From: a virus
Direction: 5' to 3' (one strand)
IMG/VR virus record: IMGVR_UViG_3300028827_000100
Coordinates: 32,001 to 96,000 of that record
DNA length: 64,000 nt
Shown one piece after another: positions 50,387 to 58,584 of this stretch. The position numbers and the translations under genes are program-made. Under the pieces are notes generated by a model. It was not told the origin of the DNA, ran no database searches, and saw only the letters and a list, made by a program, of their open reading frames with translations. How positions within the stretch are numbered: the first letter of the stretch is position 1; each line of letters opens with the position of its first letter.

Positions 50387-50387
50387 T

Positions 50388-51218
50388 ATGAGATGTGATA
50401 TATTAGTTGTTGATGGTAATAACATAGCGTATAGAGAATATGCATCAAAGCCCCCGCTATCATACGGGGGCTTTCCTACGTCTGCTATATATGGATTTCT
50501 GCTCCAACTTGCAGGAGCAATCAAAACATGCCATCCAAAATATATAATAGTTGCATGGGATAGCAGGGAGAGCAAGCGGAAAGAGATATACCCTGCATAC
50601 AAGGCCAACAGGAAGAAAGACGATCCCAATATAAAAAACTACTATAAACAAGTTGAAGTCCTGCAAAAAGAAATCATGTCTGCCATAAGTGGTAGAACAA
50701 TACAGTCAATTTCATTTAATGGGTATGAGGCAGACGACATCATAGCGAGTGTGGTTGAGACTAATAATGAATCTGTAGTAATTCTTTCAAATGATTCTGA
50801 TTTGAGACAATTGCTTGCCTATCACAACGTGGCTATATACGATGGTAAGAAATTTCACACAAAGAAAACTTTTATTGACAAGTATGGATTTGAGCCGGAT
50901 ATGTATCCTGCATACAAGGCTATAGTCGGGGATAGTTCTGACAACATTAAAGGTGTTAAGGGGATGGGTAAAGTTGCCGCAAAAAAAATCATTAATGAGA
51001 GTGAATATTATGAGGATGTTAGAAAGCATATCGTATCTCTAAAAGGGGCTGAAGCCATTGATGCTTTTGACAAAGCAATGGAGTTGATATATCTCCCATT
51101 GCATGGTGAAATACTCGATGTTGAATTAATACCATACAGGATGAGTGTTGATGGGATTGTAGATGTATCTTACAGATATGGTCTTACCAAGATAACACCA
51201 AAGAAATTCAAAGTATAA
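50388..51218 (+). CDS. 5'-3' exonuclease / flap endonuclease (PolI N-terminal-like)
   Basis: VVDGNN..YR, AWD, YKANR, EADDIIA, SNDSDL.QL and GDSSDNIKGVKGMG motifs. Confidence 0.92.
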   Translation: MRCDILVVDGNNIAYREYASKPPLSYGGFPTSAIYGFLLQLAGAIKTCHPKYIIVAWDSRESKRKEIYPAYKANRKKDDPNIKNYYKQVEVLQKEIMSAISGRTIQSISFNGYEADDIIASVVETNNESVVILSNDSDLRQLLAYHNVAIYDGKKFHTKKTFIDKYGFEPDMYPAYKAIVGDSSDNIKGVKGMGKVAAKKIINESEYYEDVRKHIVSLKGAEAIDAFDKAMELIYLPLHGEILDVELIPYRMSVDGIVDVSYRYGLTKITPKKFKV

Positions 51219-51231
51219 AAGGGGGTATGGT

Positions 51232-51756
51232 ATGAGAGAGAATGGAGAAAGTTTGCCGGAATACATGCATGTAATAAATGACGGCATGACATTTACTACC
51301 GCAGTTGATTGCGCCATAGACGTTTTCAAGCACAAAATACTCCAGTATGGGAGAAACTATAATTATGTTGATATAAAAAAGAACAAGAGATATTATGGGA
51401 ATTTTAAAAATCTTGTGTCGAGATTGTGCATGATAGTACATGATGCTAATCCAAATGTAAGGCTGGGCAAATTGCAATATGTGAAATTATTACTTGATTA
51501 CTACACAAGCATTTTTGATTTTTCCTGTGACAGGGGGAGAATATTCAACATAAATCAGATACACACACCATTTGCCCTTGATATATTTCAGCAATGGTGT
51601 GTGGAAAATTACATTACAATGGATAGATATATAGAAATGGTATTTGTTGGAGATGAAGAAAGAGATGCCAATATGGAATATAGCAGAGAAGTTGAGAGAA
51701 CGATGAAAAAGATGTTCAGGAGAATGAAATCGGGCGGTTATGAATTGATTTTTTGA
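51232..51756 (+). CDS. Hypothetical protein upstream of the helicase
   Basis: GGGGG SD; operonic. Confidence 0.6.
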   Translation: MRENGESLPEYMHVINDGMTFTTAVDCAIDVFKHKILQYGRNYNYVDIKKNKRYYGNFKNLVSRLCMIVHDANPNVRLGKLQYVKLLLDYYTSIFDFSCDRGRIFNINQIHTPFALDIFQQWCVENYITMDRYIEMVFVGDEERDANMEYSREVERTMKKMFRRMKSGGYELIF

Positions 51757-51768
51757 TGGGAGAGTGGG

Positions 51769-53172
51769 ATGGCAAAAATAGACATTACACTTCAGGAAGT
51801 GGGCTTTTCTGCATATCTTCTCGACAGCATTATCTCTTTATTGATATGGGATACGGATTTTTTGAAGCGATGCAGGAACATAATACCGATAGAGATTTTT
51901 GAGGGTAGCAGGAAAGACATTGTCACCATATGTTACAACTATCTTGATGAGTATGGAGAGGCTCCAGAGAATTATATACTTGATGTAACAGAGGAGTACC
52001 TCGCAAAAAGAAAGAACAGAAGAAAAGTTGTATTGAAATATCTCAATAATGTAATGCAAGTTGAGCCTAAAAAAGAATATGTATTGAGTAAACTGGGTTC
52101 TTTTGTAAAGAAGGAAATCTGTAGCAGAGCAATAGAATCCGCAAAAGAGCTTGTTGATAAGGGGAAAGATACGGAGGCTCAAAAGTTAATTCTCTCGAAA
52201 TTCAGAGAGGCAAATCTCATTACCGCAGAAAATGTTGTTGACATTCTTGCGGAAGGTTTTACAATAAGCAGGTATAGTGATGATGAAATAAATTTTAAAA
52301 CTTTCATAGACCCATACGATTCCGAAGTTGGGGGGTTTTACAGGGGTGAGACAGTTCTTGTCTTTGGCGATTCTAATGTTGGAAAATCGTGGGCAATGGT
52401 TCACTTTGCTAAAGTTGCTTTGTTGCAGGGAAAGAAGGTTTTGTATTATACACTGGAAACTCCGGCAAGAGTAATTCAAAAAAGATTTGCTATGGCGATT
52501 ACCGGAACAAAAATATATATGAATCCTGAACAGGAAGAAAAAGAAATAATTGTAGGTGGTAAAAAGAAAAAGGCTGAAAGATTTTCGGAAGAAAAGTTTG
52601 TTTCTGTTTTGGATTTTTTGAGGGCACGACGTGGCAAGTTGTGGTTGATGAATCCGCATCACCTGAAATTTTCTGATATAGTTGCTCAAGTTGACAATCT
52701 TGAAGTTACATATAACACAATACCGGATGTTGTGATAATCGACAGTCCAGACCAAATGATGCACGAATCCAAATATAAAGAGTATCGACATAATGAACTG
52801 GAATTGTACAAGAGTTTGCTTGCTTTCAATCAGGAAAGAGATACAACTTTGATTATTACAACACAGGCTGGTAGACAGGCAGGGAAGAAACAGATAGTGA
52901 GGGGGCATGACATAGCAGAAGGTTATGGGAAATTCAGGGTGGTGGATACGGTTTTTACCCTCATGCAAACACCGGAAGAATATAAACGTGGTATAGTTAG
53001 GATGTTGCATGAAAAGAGCAGAGGGGAATCAAAGTATATGATGATGGAAATAACTCAGGCTCTTGATATTGGACAGTTTTGTTTGACTGCAAAAAGAATA
53101 AAAATGTCTGATATTGGTAAGGGTGAGGCTAAAAAGATATTGAAAAAGATTGCAAGGGGTAGTTCTAAATGA
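51769..53172 (+). CDS. DnaB-like replicative helicase
   Basis: Walker A GDSNVGKS, YYTLE, VIID, TTQ..R and KSR motifs. Confidence 0.85.
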   Translation: MAKIDITLQEVGFSAYLLDSIISLLIWDTDFLKRCRNIIPIEIFEGSRKDIVTICYNYLDEYGEAPENYILDVTEEYLAKRKNRRKVVLKYLNNVMQVEPKKEYVLSKLGSFVKKEICSRAIESAKELVDKGKDTEAQKLILSKFREANLITAENVVDILAEGFTISRYSDDEINFKTFIDPYDSEVGGFYRGETVLVFGDSNVGKSWAMVHFAKVALLQGKKVLYYTLETPARVIQKRFAMAITGTKIYMNPEQEEKEIIVGGKKKKAERFSEEKFVSVLDFLRARRGKLWLMNPHHLKFSDIVAQVDNLEVTYNTIPDVVIIDSPDQMMHESKYKEYRHNELELYKSLLAFNQERDTTLIITTQAGRQAGKKQIVRGHDIAEGYGKFRVVDTVFTLMQTPEEYKRGIVRMLHEKSRGESKYMMMEITQALDIGQFCLTAKRIKMSDIGKGEAKKILKKIARGSSK

Positions 53173-54674
53173 GAGATGACAAACCTATTTATGGGTATGA
53201 AATAAAGAAATATAGGAATGAGCTTACAGAAGATGTATTGCATAAAATCATAATGAGTGTTGCGCCAGAAGGATTCAAGTTTTATGTCAAACCGTTTTAC
53301 CATCAATATCTGTCGATAGCCTTTTGTCTTCAATTTGACAGTGCCGGGCTTTACCTTGGCATGGGTACTGGTAAGACAAAGACGGTTATAGAGTTGTTAA
53401 GGATTATGGGAATACGCAACAGAATATTGTTTATTACTGTTTCAAGTGCTGTGTATCAGATTGAGGATCAGTTCAAACAACATGCCGGCAACGAATATAA
53501 TACAATTGTGATAGACAGCAGTATAAAGGATAATGAGTGTGAAGAAATTATTGAGTGTAATGACTATGATGTATTCATAACTTATTATGAAAGAATTGTC
53601 CCGTATGGTGGAAATAGCGATAACGATTATATCAATCCAATTTTCGACAGAGATTGGAACGCTCTTATTATAGATGAAAGCAGAAAAATAATGAATCCTA
53701 AAAGCAAGAAAACTAAAGCTGTATTAAATCTTTCATTGCGCTCAAAACACAGGTTTGCTCTTGCAGGTATGCCGGTGGCAAAAAATCTGTATGAGATATT
53801 TACACAGCAATTTGCAATTGACCATGGATTGATGTTTGGGGATTCATATAACAATTTTATGAATACTTACTTTGTAAAGCACAAAACGTGGGGCGGATAT
53901 AACATATTTCTACCGAGGGCTGGTTCGGAAGAAAAGATACATAAAAAAATGTATACTATGGCGGTAAGGTTCAGGCAGGAAGAGATAGAGGATATGCCGG
54001 AAAAAATGTATCAAACAAGGTATATAACTCTTGACGGAGACCAGAAGAGGCATTATGAAGATTTAAGAGTTAATGCACAGGGAATAATTGTGGAGAGTAA
54101 GAACAAATATTTTGTTGTTAAGTCAATACTAACAAAGTTTCATCAAATATGCGGAGGGTATTTAAAACATGACGGTGGCATAAAAGAATTTAAAACAAAT
54201 GTAAAGTTGCAAGCCCTTCTCGACATTCTTGACGAAGCACCTGATGAGAAGTTTCTTGTTTTTTGCTCTTATCAGGCAGAGCAAAAAGGTATCGTGAAAT
54301 TCTTGAAGAAGAACAAAATTAAAGTAGGGTGTATAATACACGATACAGACAAGAAGGAAATATTCAATATACAAAAGGAATTTAACGAGGGTGACAAAAT
54401 AAGAGTTCTTGTTTGCAGTTACTATATTGCTGGCAGGGCTCTTGATCTTTATGGTGCATCTAACGTTGTAATGTATTCAATGAATTTCGACTATGAAATA
54501 ATGATGCAGGCCGAAGACAGAGTTAGAAGGCCGCAACAAAAAAAGAAAGTCGTGAAGTATATAAGACTTGTTTGTAGAAACACGGTTGATGAGAAATTAC
54601 TTGAAAGTGCTGAAGCTGACAAGAACTTTGTGGATAGGGTGGTAGAGGGCAAGAACATACTTGACTATATATAG
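53169..54674 (+). CDS. SNF2-like superfamily 2 helicase
   Basis: GMGTGKT, IIDES, LAGMP, K...L..IL, QAEDRVRRPQQ, TVDE. Confidence 0.85.
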   Translation: MRDDKPIYGYEIKKYRNELTEDVLHKIIMSVAPEGFKFYVKPFYHQYLSIAFCLQFDSAGLYLGMGTGKTKTVIELLRIMGIRNRILFITVSSAVYQIEDQFKQHAGNEYNTIVIDSSIKDNECEEIIECNDYDVFITYYERIVPYGGNSDNDYINPIFDRDWNALIIDESRKIMNPKSKKTKAVLNLSLRSKHRFALAGMPVAKNLYEIFTQQFAIDHGLMFGDSYNNFMNTYFVKHKTWGGYNIFLPRAGSEEKIHKKMYTMAVRFRQEEIEDMPEKMYQTRYITLDGDQKRHYEDLRVNAQGIIVESKNKYFVVKSILTKFHQICGGYLKHDGGIKEFKTNVKLQALLDILDEAPDEKFLVFCSYQAEQKGIVKFLKKNKIKVGCIIHDTDKKEIFNIQKEFNEGDKIRVLVCSYYIAGRALDLYGASNVVMYSMNFDYEIMMQAEDRVRRPQQKKKVVKYIRLVCRNTVDEKLLESAEADKNFVDRVVEGKNILDYI

Positions 54675-54682
54675 GGGGAGGT

Positions 54683-55483
54683 ATGGAGCTGAATAAAAAA
54701 TTAAGGAGTAAAATAGAGAAATATATTTATTATGAGGATGAAAATGTTTTATTGTTGCACGGGAACTCATTTGAGATATTACCCATGTTTGATAATATTG
54801 TTTTTGAACTTGTGTTGACGGATCCACCTTATGATTTTGGGAATAGAATTTTGGGTGGTGGCTTCTATAAGTCCGGTGTGAAAGGTGGCAGAAAATATTT
54901 AAAGAAGCTAAAAAAATTGAATAGTGTCAAATTTAATCCAAAATTATTTCTGGATATGTTCAAGTATAGGCAAGGCGTCTTTTTCTGCAATAAAAAACTG
55001 TTACCAGAATATATTAAACATGTCTTGAAAAGAAAGATGTCGTATGATATACATTTTATGTGGAAGGAAAATCCAATACCAGCAAAGAGCAATCATTTTA
55101 TGAGTGATGTTGAATATATCGTTTTTATAAAATTTAAAAAGGCGTATTTCAATCAACATAATAGTATTGAGGATTATAAGAAGGTATTTAGAACTGTTAG
55201 TAAGGCAAACAATCTTCATCCGGCGGAAAAGCCAGTGGCCGTAATGGAGAAATATGTTAGAGTGTTATGTCCAGAGGGTGAAATTGTATTCGACCCATTT
55301 ATTGGTTCTGGCGCTACTGCAATTGCGTCTGTATGCAATGGAAGGAAGTGTATAGGAATAGAGAAAGATAAGAAATATCTCGATATAACAATACAAAGAC
55401 TTCAAACAGTCACAAACAGTTTTCTGTCTATTGGGAAAAGTAAAAAAGGGTGGAGGCCAACCAAAAGCATGTTTGGAGCATAA
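54683..55483 (+). CDS. Orphan N6-adenine/N4-cytosine DNA methyltransferase (beta class)
   Basis: TDPPY (motif IV) precedes HPAEKP and FDPFIGSG (motif I). Confidence 0.9.
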   Translation: MELNKKLRSKIEKYIYYEDENVLLLHGNSFEILPMFDNIVFELVLTDPPYDFGNRILGGGFYKSGVKGGRKYLKKLKKLNSVKFNPKLFLDMFKYRQGVFFCNKKLLPEYIKHVLKRKMSYDIHFMWKENPIPAKSNHFMSDVEYIVFIKFKKAYFNQHNSIEDYKKVFRTVSKANNLHPAEKPVAVMEKYVRVLCPEGEIVFDPFIGSGATAIASVCNGRKCIGIEKDKKYLDITIQRLQTVTNSFLSIGKSKKGWRPTKSMFGA

Positions 55484-55484
55484 A

Positions 55485-56453
55485 ATGTTTGACCTTGTTT
55501 CTTATATAGAGTCAATAGGTGTGGATTACAAGCCAAGCGGTACTAATATTATGAAAAATCACATTGGTATCAATTGCATGTTTTGTGGTGACGATCCTAC
55601 CTATCATTTGAATGTAAAAGTGGATGGGACTCATGCCCTGTGTTTTAGGTGTGGTAAGAGGCTATTTGGGCCGTATGCAATACTTAAAATATTTGAGGGG
55701 GATATAACAAGATACAGGTATGCGGAAATAATACAGGAATATCCGTTTGACGGGGAAGTGGATGAACGTAACTATGATGATTCTGACGGTGAAATAATAA
55801 CACGCCGCAGGATATTTAGGACTGTATGGAATGATTTTAAATCCTTCACTTTCAATAGTAAGAAGGAAAGAAAGTTTTTGAAATATTTGAAGGGGAGGCA
55901 TATAAGGAAAGACACAATCAAGAGTCTCGATATTAGATGGGCTGATAATGGAATATATAAGAACAGGGTCATTATACCCATAAGGCATCATGATGATGGA
56001 GAGGTTGTCAATTTTGTTGCAAGGTCTATATTCAAACAGGTTGAGCCAAAGTATAGGAATTGTCCTAATGATATTTGTGTATATACGGCTGGGAAGGTTT
56101 TGTTCGGGCTGTATGAATCAGGAGACTTAATAAAAAATAAGAATATGCTCGTAGTATGCGAGGGCGTGTTTGATTCTATCAGATTAATTCAGGAAGGTGT
56201 GCCGTCTGTGGCTATTCTGAAAAAAGTAATAGCTGACGGTCAAATGGAAATTCTTTCTGGATTGGACAGGGGGATAAAAGTCATTCTCATGCTCGACAGT
56301 GAAGTTGATGAAACCGACAGGGATAAGATAGCAATATCATTATCAGAACTTTTTCATACGGTGATAAATGCAAAGTTGTCCGAGGGCGATCCGGCTGAAA
56401 TGAGTGTTGATGATATTAAAGCATTGTTGTTGAAGCTAAAAAAATGGAGGTGA
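55485..56453 (+). CDS. DNA primase (Zn finger plus TOPRIM)
   Basis: CMFC...H...CFRCG, RVIIP, PKY.N, VCEGVFD, LMLDSE, GDP; start moved to ATG 55485. Confidence 0.85.
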   Translation: MFDLVSYIESIGVDYKPSGTNIMKNHIGINCMFCGDDPTYHLNVKVDGTHALCFRCGKRLFGPYAILKIFEGDITRYRYAEIIQEYPFDGEVDERNYDDSDGEIITRRRIFRTVWNDFKSFTFNSKKERKFLKYLKGRHIRKDTIKSLDIRWADNGIYKNRVIIPIRHHDDGEVVNFVARSIFKQVEPKYRNCPNDICVYTAGKVLFGLYESGDLIKNKNMLVVCEGVFDSIRLIQEGVPSVAILKKVIADGQMEILSGLDRGIKVILMLDSEVDETDRDKIAISLSELFHTVINAKLSEGDPAEMSVDDIKALLLKLKKWR

Positions 56454-56531
56454 GTTGTGAAACAAAAAAACTCTCTTTTTGACGTTTGATAAGCAATAAG
56501 TATTTTTTATACAATTTAAAGAATTTTTAAA

Positions 56532-56560
56532 TTGACAGTGTTGCTTGAATGTTGTAAAAT
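56532..56560 (+). promoter_or_regulatory. Near-consensus sigma70 promoter
   Basis: TTGACA-17 bp-TAAAAT with an A/T-rich upstream element. Confidence 0.85.
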
Positions 56561-56590
56561 ATAAGCAAGAAAAAAGAAAGGAGGATGTAT

Positions 56591-56911
56591 ATGAAGATTA
56601 AGAAGATTGCAAAGAAGACCGCAAAGAAGAAGGATGCAAAGAAGAAGGATGCAAAGAAGAAGGACGCAAAGAAGGTCGCAAAGAAGGTCGCAAAGAAGGT
56701 CGCAAAGAGGGAGACCTACGCCTCCCTTTTCAGGGAGGGGACGCTTTCACACAGCGTTGCCCTCCTCCTTGATAAGGGGGAAAAGAAGGCGAAAATTGTC
56801 GCCTTCATAAGGAGGAAGAGAGGGTGCGACACACCCGTCGCTTCACACCACTTCCGGGGAATATTGTCGTCCATTCGCAGGAAGGGGGTTACTGTGGAAA
56901 TGCCACAGTAA
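56591..56911 (+). CDS. Histone H1-like, Lys/Ala-repeat basic DNA-binding protein
   Basis: AKKT, AKKKD x3 and AKKV x3, then a small basic helical domain. AGGAGG SD favours ATG 56591. Confidence 0.7.
   Translation: MKIKKIAKKTAKKKDAKKKDAKKKDAKKVAKKVAKKVAKRETYASLFREGTLSHSVALLLDKGEKKAKIVAFIRRKRGCDTPVASHHFRGILSSIRRKGVTVEMPQ
56609..56710 (+). repeat. Coding tandem repeats: GCAAAGAAGAAGGAY x3 (15 bp) and GCAAAGAAGGTC x3 (12 bp)
   Basis: Read directly from the sequence. Confidence 0.9.
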
Positions 56912-56933
56912 TCCCCCTCCTCAATCCACCCGC

Positions 56934-56960
56934 AAGCCCCGCTTCGGCGGGGCTTTTTTA
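56934..56960 (+). terminator. Rho-independent terminator with UUCG tetraloop
   Basis: AAGCCCCGC-TTCG-GCGGGGCTT-TTTTA. Confidence 0.92.
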
Positions 56961-56997
56961 TTGCGCAAAACTAAACTAACTTTTAGGAGGTAAAAAA

Positions 56998-57261
56998 ATG
57001 GCTTGTAGACCGTCGTTTAACATATGGTTTTTAATGCGGCACCTGTGGTGGTGGAAGCAAAATGCTTTCTCAATAACATGGTGGAAAACTGCAATCACAT
57101 CAGGGTATCTCTGGAAAGATTCTGTTAGCTGTTATATTTACCGCTGGATAATATGCCCGCTGAAGGGCCATCAAGACCCTGTGTTGCTTGATGAAGAATC
57201 ATTGTGTGACGGCGAAGCAAAAGTTTTTTGTTTTGCTTGTCAAAAGTATTTAGATTCCTGA
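56998..57261 (+). CDS. Trp/Cys-rich small hypothetical protein
   Basis: AGGAGG SD; C..KGH...CFAC. Confidence 0.6.
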   Translation: MACRPSFNIWFLMRHLWWWKQNAFSITWWKTAITSGYLWKDSVSCYIYRWIICPLKGHQDPVLLDEESLCDGEAKVFCFACQKYLDS

Positions 57262-57273
57262 ATAAAAGGAGAA

Positions 57274-57471
57274 TTGCAAATAATGAAACTTCTGTATTTA
57301 GAGATAGATAATTGCACAAAATGCCCTCATTTTGCTCATGAGTCGTTTTCTGATTGTTCGCATAAGGCGGGCTATTTTTGTTCTCTTTCAGGCAAACGAA
57401 TTGCGAATGAGGATGATTACAAGTTGGGCATGTCGATTCCGAACTGGTGTGAATTGCCAGACAAAGATTAA
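57274..57471 (+). CDS. Small Cys-rich hypothetical protein (start may be ATG 57283)
   Basis: CTKCPH...FC...IPNWCEL. Confidence 0.6.
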   Translation: MQIMKLLYLEIDNCTKCPHFAHESFSDCSHKAGYFCSLSGKRIANEDDYKLGMSIPNWCELPDKD

Positions 57472-57486
57472 AGGAGGTAAAAAACA

Positions 57487-58584
57487 ATGAAATGTGGAGA
57501 ACTGCAAAAAATTCTTAAAAAGGTTAAAGTTGTGATGTCAGAGCAATCTTTGTCAAAACCTCGCATATCTTTCGATGGAAAGAGGTTGATAGCGTGTAAT
57601 GGAACTGTATATATTTCGTTACCTTTTGAGGGTGATATATCATCTTGTATTGTAGATTATAAAACTATATCGTCTATAATTAATGGCATATCACAGGTAA
57701 AGAAAATCAAGATGTACACCAAATCTGAAATGCTGATTATAAAAGCCGGTATGTCAACTTTCAAAATACCACTTGTTACTGGCGAAGAAATTGCTACTTT
57801 CAATGCTATGGTTGACAGTATCAAGAAAAAGAAAACAGAGAAGACAATTATGATGACAGGCAGTGCATGGTCTTTACTTGATAAAATGCTCCCATATTCA
57901 GTTCCGAAATTTGGGACAATGTATCCGTCTGGCGTTTATGTTTACAAAGGAAATTTCATTACACACAATGGTGTAGTTGGAATGATTGCAGGAGCGGATG
58001 TATCAAAATCTGAAAGATTTTTTATACCGCATATTTTTTGCAAAGCAGTAATGGGCGCGTATGAAGATGAGGGTGTGCCAAGTGCAAAAATTGGCATAGG
58101 TGATGATGTGATGAGTTTTAAAAAATCGGATATAGTTATTTTGAGCACTCTTGTGAAAGATTTGAACATAAGCACGTTTGAATTGATAGGCGATATTGTA
58201 AAACATGCAAAGAAAATTTCAAAGAATGGAAAGAATGCCATACAGATAAATGATAAATTTAAAAGGGAAGTGGGCTATATGGATTTGGTTCTTGCGCAGG
58301 AAAGTTCGGAATATGACCGGGTTGGCACAGTTAGTATCGAAAATGGGAAAGCTGTTTTTACTGTTGATAGTGCTCAATGCAACTATCATGGCGTGTTGAA
58401 AGTCGAAAACAAATCAGCAAAGTGGGATGCTAAATTTCATGTATCTTTGGCATTGCCACTCATAAATGATTGCAACAGGGTTACGCTCGTTAAATATGAA
58501 AAGATAAATGTTTTATATTTAAACAATGAATCTTTTGATATTGTGGTTGCGACTATCAAAGACAGGGAAGGTGAAAAAGAATGA
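57487..58584 (+). CDS. Beta sliding clamp-like protein (divergent DnaN)
   Basis: 365 aa, close to bacterial DnaN length; DnaN-like alpha/beta pattern (LIACNG, LIIKAG.STF.I); directly upstream of dnaE. Confidence 0.65.
   Translation: MKCGELQKILKKVKVVMSEQSLSKPRISFDGKRLIACNGTVYISLPFEGDISSCIVDYKTISSIINGISQVKKIKMYTKSEMLIIKAGMSTFKIPLVTGEEIATFNAMVDSIKKKKTEKTIMMTGSAWSLLDKMLPYSVPKFGTMYPSGVYVYKGNFITHNGVVGMIAGADVSKSERFFIPHIFCKAVMGAYEDEGVPSAKIGIGDDVMSFKKSDIVILSTLVKDLNISTFELIGDIVKHAKKISKNGKNAIQINDKFKREVGYMDLVLAQESSEYDRVGTVSIENGKAVFTVDSAQCNYHGVLKVENKSAKWDAKFHVSLALPLINDCNRVTLVKYEKINVLYLNNESFDIVVATIKDREGEKE

Noticed and set aside
56609-56710. Short direct repeats as a possible CRISPR array or iterons
   Set aside because: No unique spacers; they are in-frame 12- and 15-bp coding repeats of the H1-like protein.
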